Below are positions 12,345 to 23,732 of a stretch of DNA of 56,465 nt, in pieces. The stretch lies in contig NGBS01000024.1 in assembly GCA_002245135.1 (NCBI GenBank), positions 62,001 through 118,465 of the forward strand. Direction: 5' to 3'. A program made the position numbers and the translations under genes. Below the pieces are notes generated by a model. The model saw only the letters and a list, made by a program, of their open reading frames with translations, did not search any database and was not told the DNA's origin. Within the stretch, counting starts at the first letter, position 1. Every line of letters starts with the position of its first letter. This DNA comes from Proteromonas lacertae (Eukaryota).

Positions 12345-13448
12345 CTAATTTTCAGCAGATGAATTATCTGGCTTATTTTCGGGTAATTTATTTTGTACAT
12401 CTTCTTTATCTTCATATTTCCCTTGAATTTTATTCTTATCAGTAGTTTTTTTCTTTTGTAAACCACTTTTATCAACAACCATACCGGCTATAACAGTAAT
12501 ATCATCAGGTTTTCCTCCTAAATAATCATATCCATGATTACCACTCTCAATACTAAATGGACTAACACCATGAGGGATTTTGACCTTGTTCATAAGCATC
12601 TTCAATCAATTGTTGTGTTAATTGATCTAAATCATCATTAATCTCTTCAATAGTATTAGATTGAGGCATAATACAATCAGATATATGTTCAATAATTCGT
12701 GTCTCAAATAAATTATCATATAATCCATCCGTTGCTGCAATTATTATTGATCTTGGTTGTAGTGGATATTCATGTAGTTGGCCCTTGGTAGGATGATCGT
12801 CACCTAATTGGTAAGGACAATTGAAATAATGTGTTTGAGTTGGAGTTCTAGCTTGGACAATATATTGATCTTTATGATTTGGATCAGGTTAAACATTAAA
12901 TTAAAGAAAATTATGAGAATTATCTAGAAAATAGGATATTTTACATAACATAATTGAACTATCTCCTACATTAAATACTTTTAAAGATTTCTCACAAATT
13001 AATCCATAACAAAGGGTTGTACTACCTAATATCTATTTATATAAAGATAGATATATTATTCAATATACATTTTGATTCTTAACATGATCATTAGCTTTTA
13101 TTAATTCACTACATAAATCAACATTTTCAAAATCTTCTTTATATTCTGTCATTTGTTGAGATAATTTCAAACATAACTATTGAGATGTTATTCTTATATG
13201 GTTATAATACAGCACTGGCATAATATCCAGAATCAATTCCAGCATCAAGCCAACCACCAACTCCATCAGCTACACCAAAAGCTCTATCTACAAAATAGAA
13301 ATGTATAATTTATACCTGTAACGAAAAATGCATCTTGACCTTTTGGCTTTCCTGGTCCTGTGATACATTTACCTCTGAATATAGGAAATAGTGACTCCAC
13401 CTGCGGTTTTGCTTTAAATATATTCATAAATTGTCTTAAAAATGGCAT
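12345..13448 (-). CDS. PTC7: PTC7-type PP2C phosphatase
   Basis: GQDAFF, GVADGVGGW, GSTT, VGDS, QTHYFNCPYQLG, ATDGLYDNLF and GGKPDDITV motifs across exons. Confidence 0.9.
12889..12939 (-). other. candidate U12-type (minor spliceosome) intron, AT-AA (or AT-AC) termini
   Basis: Sense sequence ATATCCTA...TTTTCTTTAAT...GTTTAA. It contains two in-frame stops, and removing it joins GDSSIMLCK to PDPNHK..QTHYFNCPYQL in frame. Confidence 0.72.
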
Positions 13449-13548
13449 ACCCACTATACGAAAGAAAAAAAGAGGAAGTTTTTAATTTGAAAAGCTTGCG
13501 AAGATTCAAATCAATTTAAATTCTTTTGTAATTATCTTTCTTATCAAA

Positions 13549-14754
13549 ATGTACAGTACAGGTTGGGATGATGATTCTGGTATTTTACTAGGTAATATAA
13601 TTAATTAGATGATGATTTTATTGATGATGATCCTATTTACTTACCAAATGAAAATGACAGATATACTCATTATGATAAATTTCAAGAAATAGGTCAAGGT
13701 GGTTATGCTACTGTTTACAAAGGAGTATAACATATACATTAATTTTTTAGAGAAATAAGGATACAAAGGAGGATGTTGCAATTAAAATAGTTCATAATAA
13801 AAACATTGAGGCAGACAAAGGTTTAAACAGTTCATCACTCAGAGAAATTACAGTTTATAGAGAATTATCTTGTAATCCCCATCCTAATGTTATTCAATTA
13901 TTGGATGTATTTCCATTTAGACAGAATATGGTAATGATATTTGAATTAGCAGCAGGAGATCTCAAAAATCTGATTATTAGATGAACATATTCATATATCA
14001 CTCGCAGATGTGAAAGCATATATGAAAATGATTTTATTATCTGTAGAATTCATCCATAAGAATTATATAATCCATCGTGATTTAAAACCAGAAAATATCT
14101 TAATCGGACAAGACGGCCAATTAAAATTAACTGATTTTGGTTTAGGCAAATATTTTGGTAACCCATCTACTGTCTTTACACCAATCGCTTGTACGATTAA
14201 CTACCGTCCTCCTGAATTATTATTTGGATCAATGTATTATGGTCCATCCTGTGATATAGTGGAGTTGTGGATGTATATTTGGTGAATTATTAGGAAGAAA
14301 ACCACTGTTTTTAGCTCAATCTGAATTAGATATGTTAGGCCAGATTTTCAGTGTAACTGGTACACCTGATGAAAAAAATTGGCCTGGTGCGAAATCTTTA
14401 CCCCATTATATAGAATTTAATAAGACTGAAGGAATTAATTTAAAAACTTGGTTTAGTCATGTTAGTGATAATACTATTGATTTATTACAACAATTATTAA
14501 CCCTAGATCCATCTAAAAGACTTTCAGCTAGTGAAGCATTAAAACATCCATATTTCACCGAAGATCCACCTCCAACCCCTGTTAATATGTTACCATCTAC
14601 TCCAGTCAACAAAACACCGGATGATTCATTAATAAACAATGATTCACCTGATTCTTCAACCTATTTAACTAGCACTGAGAGAGTGAATAAAAGATTTGGT
14701 ATTACTCCTTTATTTTCTCCTATTCCAAGAAAACAATTGAAATTTGTCGAATAA
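13549..14754 (+). CDS. cyclin-dependent kinase, CDK7/CAK-like
   Basis: IGQGGYATVY, VAIK, GLNSSSLREI, HRDLKPEN, DFG, YRPPELLFG..YG; two introns and two apparent +1 insertions (~13975, ~14259). Confidence 0.8.
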
Positions 14755-14883
14755 TAATAATAGAAGTGTAATATATATATATATATAAATTAAATGGCTG
14801 TGTTGTTCTTTATATAATCAATATAATTATAATAGAATTTTGTATTTGTTTAATTTTCATAATTAAAAACAATCCAATATTAC

Positions 14884-16107
14884 TTACATATAAATGCTTA
14901 ATTTGGCATTCGGATGAGAGGAATGTAATTTTGCCTCAATTTTGTCACAATCTTTCACATCATTATCAGCTAATGACAAACTAGTCAATTTCGAGCATTT
15001 ATATATCTGTTCACTCATATAATTAAACCCATTATCAGTAATTTCATTTGCCTTGTAAATATAACGCTTTTAATTCATTCAAATATTTGAAATTATTGGT
15101 TAAATATTTTACTCCATCATCTGTTATAGAATTATCAGTTAGATTCAATGACTTAATAAATGTCAAATTAGAGAGTTTACTACAAAAATATTTTAATCCA
15201 ATATCACCAATGTTTTTACTTGATAAATAAACAGATTCTATTTTCTTTGAATTTATATTGTCTATTTCTCTATCAATTATTCCACTTATCTTTTTATCTA
15301 ATTCTTTATCAAAATCTGGTAATGGCAATTCTTCAATTGTTATAGATGGTGTTAGTGGAATTATATCTTTTATATTATCAATTTCTTTAATTAATTCATT
15401 TATCTTTAATCTACATTCACTTTTTCTATTCATTAATTTTGATAGTAAAGTCTTTAATTTTTCATCTAATCCAATTTTGTTATAATTCACTCCCATTATA
15501 TGAGTTTCCGTTTCATAGATGGTTTTACCTTCAAATGGTAATTTACCGGTAAATAAATAATAAATAATTATTCCAACACTCCATAAATCACTTTCTTTTT
15601 TAACTTCATAATTGGATATAACTTCAGGAGGTAAAAATTTAACTGATTCATTCTGGAATGTGAATAAATTTGGTACAGTTGCATATAAAGTATTTTTACC
15701 ATAATCAGTGAGATAAAAATGATTATCTTCTGAAATAAGGATATTAGTTGGCTTTATATTTGAATGGATTATTCCTTTCTCATGTAATTTCAATAAATTT
15801 ATACAAATCTCTTTTATTGCTGATGATGGACTGGTTTCATGAAAATAGGATACTGGATTGATGAATGCTAGAGATGTTTGAAATTCATTCATAAATTCAA
15901 CTAAATGCTCTTCATTTTCATTGAAATCATGGATATTTAACAATTTGACAATCTTTAAAATTGCATACAGCCTCAACAGTATGAATATACTTCTTAACAG
16001 CTTCATGTGGTATATAATTAATTAATATCACTTTAAATCTCTCTATTTTGCCTGTATTCCTTGTTCAAAACTCTGTACATTACACAATTAGCTGAAGAAC
16101 TCGACAT
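14884..16107 (-). CDS. pseudokinase plus RI-type LRR protein (apparent +1 indels; may be a pseudogene)
   Basis: Kinase fold with HSNIKPTN (no catalytic Asp), DYG, PPE and DLWSVG. C-terminal LxLxxNxIxDxG repeats. Confidence 0.75.
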
Positions 16108-16330
16108 TTCAACAAACTATTAAAATAATAGTCATAATACATACTTCATAGTTTAATTTACTCTCTACAGGTAAATTAATCCTGATATTTGAAGGTTTTT
16201 CTTGTTTAATTGGTTTATTCATTTTTATTCAAAATAGATTTTAATTCAATTAAATAAATCATTCATTATCGCATATAACCAACAAAAATATTCACATAAA
16301 AAATACATACACTTACATTATCAATTTAAA

Positions 16331-18033
16331 CTAATTATATTTCACATATTGTTTATAATCAAAATCTAGAATAATAGAAATAACTTCACTGGTGACATAT
16401 GTTCTTGGTGATAGGAAATAATTGAAACAGTGTTTACCATACGGAATAGTTAATAATGATGATGAAACTTCACTTTTCTTCAACAAATCATTAAAATCAT
16501 ACGATTCTTTATATTTAACGATAGAATCACAATCACCATGAATAATCTAATCAATATATATATTACAGTATAATTATATACCAAAGTAGTTGGTAATTTC
16601 TTTCCAATCTTAACCAGATTCTCAGGAGAGGATGAATTCTCATCCCAACAATCTGGATCTAAAAAATATAGGAAACAAGGTTTAAATAATTCAACATATA
16701 GTGGGAATTTCGATTTAAAAAATCTACTCATATCATATACACCATAAAAATCAACACATCCTTGAACAGATAAATCACCATCAATTCCATTATTCAATAC
16801 ATTACTCTTATCAGCAGTTAATGCCAACAACAGCGATAAATGACTACCAGCACTTTCACCACCTATTACTATATAATCCTTATTACCGTTATATTTATAA
16901 ATATTTTCTTTTACCCATTTTAATGCTCTTTTACAATCTCGAAGATTTTCTGGGAATTTCACTTTTGGAAGTAAGCCATATTCTGTAGATATTACAATCC
17001 ATCCTCTATTCGGCTAAATTATAGAGTAAAGGTAATGAAGATATTTTTCTACTTCCCATACACCAAGCACCACCATGAATAAATAGAAATACAGGTTTCA
17101 ATTCTATACTGGTATTATCATCATTATTGGTGAATATATCTAATTGTAATTTACGATTATTATCTTCATAATATGTTATATTGGTGATTTTGTTGACATT
17201 TGGCCAAACTATACATGGTTGTTGGAAAAACCATCCTAATAATTTACGCATATTTAATACACCCACTATTATATAAATAAAAAGTATAAAAATATACAAC
17301 TATTTATCTCATCTTTGAATAGTTGTAAATTGGAAGTGTCACTAACGCATTTTTCTTCTAATATTTGTATGGCTTGATTCTTTATATCATTTACTGAATT
17401 AAAGTTTTTCTTAACTACTTTACTTAGTGATACTAAAGAAAGAAATCCAGTATTTAATGCTATCAATAAAATATACAAAATTTCAATACATATATAGAGT
17501 GGAACTTTTTCGTGCGCTTTCATTCCATACTTCATACAAATGAAACTACTCAGCAGAGAATATATCAACACAAGTGAAGGAGCAGATTCACTTGATAATA
17601 CAGCTATAATATATAATGTTACAAAAATGTACTGATCCAATTTTTAACAACAGATGGTCTTCCTTTTGAACTTATCGAATCTCTTGTGTCAGTGTCTGCC
17701 AATAATGTTGATGTAAAAAATAAAGAAGAGAACAGTGAGTATGCATAGACGAAAGGCTCTTTAAAAGCCCAGTAGTCCATTAAAAATGAAAATATTCTTT
17801 TCTCAAAAGCTTGGCTTGTATATTTTTTTAAATAATGAATTAGAACTGAATGATAAATACCAAAAATTATCAATAATTAAACAATAATGGAACCTCTACA
17901 ACAATGGACAGTATTGTTCTATGTTCAATTAATATTCTCATAAAAAACTATAAAAATCAAAAAGGCAATAACAGAAATAATGGAGCTGAGTATTGATGAA
18001 TAACTGCTATGTATTAAAAAATGATTTTAACAT
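16331..18033 (-). CDS. membrane-anchored alpha/beta hydrolase (HSL/carboxylesterase-like)
   Basis: FIHGGAW, GGESAG nucleophile motif, HGD.D and C-terminal His. Multi-TM N-terminus. The 5' end is approximate because of indels. Confidence 0.78.
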
Positions 18034-18039
18034 AAAAAT

Positions 18040-18049
18040 ATTGGCTTGA
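18040..18049. promoter_or_regulatory. candidate core-promoter motif ATTGGCTTGA
   Basis: In the ~60-bp gap between the divergent hydrolase and PUF starts. Confidence 0.5.
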
Positions 18050-18094
18050 CTCGAAGCGTTTCATTTGTATTTTGAATCTCAAACGTTCTTTTGA

Positions 18095-20074
18095 ATGTCA
18101 AGAACAAACGAAAGTAGGAAAAGATCCAGTGTTACTTCCTTAACCAGTACAGACTCAATGTATTATTCTGCTTATATCTGAAATAGTTTAAGTGATTCTT
18201 CTTCCTTTTTAGATCCCTTACCTCCTAGACTATATTCAAATGACGATGATATATTCCCTTCGTTATATGAAGACACTGATGAGTTTAGAAGACGTTGTGA
18301 TAGTGTTGATGACTTTATATCTGCTGTATCATTAAATAGTTCTTTATTATTATTCTAGCAAAGTCCTGGAGCATTATTTAATAATTTTCCTGTTGAAGAG
18401 ATAGACTTTTTCTCTTTAGAACAAAGAAACAGATCTCAGTCTTTAAACACAGCTCATTCTTTTGAAAGAGTTAATTATTCTCTACCTACAGAAAATGATG
18501 ATATACCAGTATATATTAGTCTATATATAATATAATTGAAATAGATGCAACTACCTGATTTTGGTGGTGTAGATGAAGGTATTAGATATAGATCACAAAG
18601 TTTTTCACACTCATCCAACTACTATAACAACAGTACACCTCAGTTAGTTAGATCTTCACCATTATCTCAACAAATACTACCACAAACACCACAATTAATA
18701 CCATTTACATCATTATCTACACATATACAAGTCACACCCATGCCAACAGCAGCAATAACTCCACCTCCACCTCAATTAATTCAAAACTCACAATCATCTT
18801 CAATGTATATAGATTTATCACCGACTATCACTACTGGTACAACAGCTACAACAGCTTCATTACCATCTAACTCATCTACTACATCATTGTCATCATCTTC
18901 AACAAATCAATGTAAATATTTTATAAATAGTGAAACTAGTAGAAAAGGTGATAAATGTTCGTTTTCTCATAATAATATTATCTCTAGATCAATGTCACGT
19001 GATTCCAATTATAGTATTGAATCATGTAATAATTCTAGAAGAAACACTCGTAGTAGTTTTAGTTTAGATTTACCATTATCTTCATATGACAATTTTAATG
19101 AATTAATAAAGGATCAAAATGGATGTAGATACTTGCAGAAGAAAATAGATGAAGATTCAGTCACAAATAGTGAAATTATTTATGAAAATATAAAGACAAA
19201 GATAAATGAAATATTATATGATCAATTTGGTAACTATCTCTTTCAAAAATTGTATGAAAGTTTAAAATTGGAATATCGTATAGAAATAGTAGAATCTATC
19301 AAGAATAATATATATGATTTAAGTTTAAATCCTTACGGAACAAGAGGTATTCAAAAGATAATTACAGTTGATTATAACTGTAACAAAATCGTAGAGATTA
19401 TCTTATCAGTTATTCTATCCAATTTAGATAGAATTTCAACAGATTCAAATGGTAATCATATTATACAAATATCACTGAAATACTTTAATAATGCATTTAA
19501 AACCATATTAATTGATGAAATAATATCACTCAGTCACTTGATATATATATCCAAAGCTAAACATGGTAGTTCAGTAATTCAATTAGCATTTATCTATTGT
19601 AATGATGAAGAACATGATGTATTTGTTAATAATATAATTAATAATATATTAATGTTAATTAAAGATCAATATGGTAATTATATTATACAATATATATTAG
19701 AACATGGTACTGTAAATGATAAGAAACAAATAATTATCAAATTGAGTGGTAAATACTATGAATTATCAAGAAATAAAGTAAGTAGTAATGTGATAGAAAA
19801 ATGTGTAAGATTTTGCTTTAATAATGATGGTGAAGATAAAAGTGATATTTTTAATATGATTATCGATGAATTAATAAGTAATACTAATTTCCATAAGTTA
19901 TTAACTGATGCTTATGCTAATTATGTAATTCAAAGTGCTTTATGTAGTGAAAATCAGTGTATTTTAGATAAACTACATGAAGCTATTATTCCGTATATGA
20001 AAGAGATGAAAAGGACTTCTGGTGGTAGGAAGATATTGAGTAAAATTAATAAATTGTATAAAAAGAATACTTAG
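18095..20074 (+). CDS. Pumilio/PUF RNA-binding protein with a degenerate CCCH finger
   Basis: Eight PUF repeats (DQNGCRYLQK, DQFGNYLFQK, DQYGNYIIQ, SSNVIEKC, DAYANYVIQ). CKYF..S..GDKCSFSH precedes them. Three 5' introns. Confidence 0.9.
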
Positions 20075-20226
20075 TTCATATATTATAATGATAATCATTT
20101 AGTAATATAGAGATAGTTTCTATTTTTATTTTTTTCCATATATATTTTGTTGTATTTATTGTTTGTTTGTATTAAAATATTTAAAAATTACACATTATTG
20201 AATATATAAATAAAAGAAAAATGAAA

Positions 20227-20670
20227 TTATTCAAGATTTTCTTTTGGAGCAGCTGATGAACTATCAGGCGTTGCAGGTTTAATTGATTCGATTTTTTCAT
20301 CTGATGCTATAACATAAAATATTAGAAACTGTGGATATACGCAATAGAGGAACGTTTTGAGCCTCTGGAACTATTTTCACCCATACTTTCTTCCAATCTG
20401 GCTGTTTGGTTTTTCTCATACTCAATGGATTGGTTCTTTTATATTTGCCTACATACCAATAAAATTATAATAATATATACCTAAATAATTTGCTGTATGC
20501 ACTTCTGACACTTTAACTTTATATATTTTTTCTAAATACTCTTTTATTTCAATTTTGGTCATTGAAGGTGCTACTCGAAACTCATAAGGTCCTTCTGGTT
20601 TTACATCCTTTATATTCTTCAGCAGGAGTATCATCCATTGATTCGGAAATCTAATCTTTGAATAAACCAT
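20227..20670 (-). CDS. MRPL23: mitochondrial ribosomal protein L23 (uL23m)
   Basis: FRVAPSMTKIEIKEYLEKIYKVKVSEVHTANYLG..PDWKKVWV; two introns. Confidence 0.85.
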
Positions 20671-20825
20671 GAAAAAAGAAAATGAAATATATTTGGCTCG
20701 ATATAAATTTCAAAAAAAGATTCGTTTCAAAATTTAAAAAACAACAACAACAACAGAATTTGTTTATTCTTTATCATTAAATAAATAATAACAACTAATT
20801 AATATTATTATTTCATTCATTCATT

Positions 20826-21595
20826 TTATTTGCTCAATAATTTCTTATGTTTCTTTGGATTGAGTGTATAAAATGAAACATTTCCTACTCTCTTATTCAT
20901 TATATCTCCTGTCTTTATTAATACATTTAAATACTCATTACAGTTTAATATACTCATACTAAATCTATTCACTATATCTGATACTTTCCTAAACCAATAA
21001 ATACAAATAATAATTATTATTATATATACAAACCCTCTGTTTTACTCAATGCTATATATTTTAATATAGTTTCTAACATTTCTATATGATTTTTTGTTGT
21101 ATATTTCTTTGGGATTTTATTCATACATTTTTTAAGTGTTAAACTTGCTAATGGCTATATATGAATTATAATTGAATATAATGATTATATACATCTACAT
21201 TTCTTTTCATTGGCTTTGGATTACTATCAGTTTTACTCCTCTTCTTACTTTCTACTTTTGATGTTGCAGGTTGAGTATTATATTCTTCATTTATATCATT
21301 TGTTTCCATAACAACATCATCATTATCTCCCTGTTCATGATTATTATTTGGCTGCTCTTCTATTGTGTTTTGATTTTCTATTACTTGAGGAAATTCAATG
21401 CACGAACTTGTCATTTGGATTGATTGTAATAAAGAATCCATTGTTCTGTTATAATTGTTTATACTAGTTGTCAAAGTCTTGATTTTATTCATATTTTCAC
21501 ATAGTTTCTGTATTGGTGTGTTCAATTCTTTTAATGATCTATACTAACTCATTTTATCACATATACATTAATATAGCCTCTAATAAACCATCCAT
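20826..21595 (-). CDS. DAM1: DASH complex subunit Dam1-like protein with C-terminal winged-helix-like domain
   Basis: N-terminal helix ending INNYNRTMDSLLQSIQMTSSCIEFP resembles the Dam1 core (FNESF.S.LYGL..N..CV.FP). Three introns. Confidence 0.55.
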
Positions 21596-21657
21596 ATTTT
21601 CAAAAATAGAAATCAAACTTGTTTGTTCAAAATAATTATAATTTTTAGAATTATTTC

Positions 21658-22844
21658 ATGAATGAGACATTTGATAGCACTTTCCCTTCTCTGACAAAAG
21701 CAAGAGATAGATTTTTAAGAAGACAACCGTCTCCAAATAAAGTATTGTGTATTTTTTAGATTTATTTAGATTATTCAAGAAAACAATCCATTAGTAAGAG
21801 TGAATAAAGAAATATTATCAGAAATGATTAATTCTTACTACAGGCGATCAAGAATAATCAATGAAGAATGTATCTCAATTTATAAAGAAGGCCAGTCAGT
21901 TTTGAATGTAAATATTATTAATTTATTGTAATAGAGTTTATCATCTAAATTAATTGAAATATGCAAATATGTATTATTTATATGTAATTCCTATTTTCAA
22001 ATAGAAAACTCCTTCCTATCATCGTCATCATTCATATTCTTCTAATCAATCTTTTAACCCCCCAAAATTATCTATTAAAACTAATAATAGTATGAATGAA
22101 TATGATAATGAAGAGAATAATATTATATCAAAATCTCCAATATATAAAACAAATAATATTCAATTTCAATATCCAATAACTCCATTTCCACAATCATTTT
22201 CAATTCAACAACAACATATTCCTCCTCCTCCTCCTCCTCCACCACCACCACCACCACCACCACCACCACAACAACAACAACATTTACTTAGTCAAGATAT
22301 ATCAAATATTCCATCTAATTTATTCAATAATAAACCACTTCAATTAAACAATATATCATTTCAACCAGAAAATATTCCTTCTGCTATTAATAATGAAGAA
22401 AAGAAAAATAACTATGAATTATCTGTTTTATCTCCATTATCAACAGATGTTAGTATAACTTCAAATAAATCAACGGAAGGAATAAAACTGAATAGTCCAA
22501 CTAAACCTTCAATAGAATTGAAACTAATAGGTTTAAGTAAAACAATAAGAAATAAAATAGATATAGATATAAAGCATAATAAAATCGACTCAAAATATTT
22601 GAATAAAACAAAGAAATTGAAAGTGAATAATCATTCATATGTGAATTATATATTCAATAATTTATCATTTTCTATAACAGAAGAAGAAGTAAAAGAATAT
22701 GGAAAATATCATAAAGCTTGTGTTTACTATAATTGGAAATTGAAAAGTAAATATTTGAAATTGTTATGGATGTATTGCTGTAAAGAAATTGATGAGTGAG
22801 TCTGTTTATTGGTGTTGATTTAATTATTTTATAATCATAGATGA
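21658..22844 (+). CDS. hypothetical protein with poly-Pro tract
   Basis: Spliced frame from ATG 21658 through three introns into ORF 22092-22799. The 3' end is uncertain (22799 or 22844). Confidence 0.55.
22221..22268 (+). repeat. (CCT)n(CCA)n trinucleotide repeat encoding poly-Pro
   Basis: Directly visible in the sequence. Confidence 0.9.
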
Positions 22845-23732
22845 AAAATTTAATTCAATTATAAGTTATGTTAATTTCTGGGTTCGATAAAGGGCGTCCT
22901 TTTCGAATTTTGCCCTATTTTTGCCCCTTACTGCTCGGGCATAGTAATATTAGCATGTGTTATGCTGTAGTATATTTTTTCTGATTTTTTGTTATAACTT
23001 TTCCATATTATCATCTAGATATACTAACATATGTTAAAAAGGATGTATTATTGTGTATTATAACATAATAGTCATCTACTTTTCTTATGATTATATAATA
23101 TCATATCTTTATGCATATATACTAATTATATAGAATATACATACTGTATATCATATTCTGATATGCATATATATACATTATGTACATTTCAAGGTGATTG
23201 ACGTCACTGAACATAAATGAAATTTATATAATAAATAATTTTGTATATTATACATATATCATATAGATAATTAAGAAGTATAGCTATAGAATGGGTATTT
23301 TCAGTTAATTGATAATCAATAGTACTTGTTATGATAATAACATAATATATTTCATAAACTAATAGAAAAACTATTTCAAATTACTATTTAGTATATTTTG
23401 CATACTACTTAATGTATTTCAAGCAATTATTTGAATACTTAGAAAATGGTTTGAGAATTTCGAGCTATCATTTTGCATTTCAATTGTATATGGGTAAAAC
23501 GGGAGATGCTGTGTATAGATACTTTAATGAAGATGTGGTGTTAAAGAAACCCCTTGAAAAATACAACAGAATTCAATGCAGAAGGTGCAAGGCAATGATT
23601 ATTGCTCATTGCACTAATTTGAAACGTCATTACAAAAAGTATAAATATATTTATTATATTTATTAAATTAGATGTAGTGAAAAGCTAATCCAATCAAAAC
23701 TTACAGAATTGAGATATGATGAACGTGCAATA

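Noticed and set aside
22878..22895. GGTTCGA as a tRNA T-loop
   Set aside because: No cloverleaf can be folded; it is the hAT terminal repeat.
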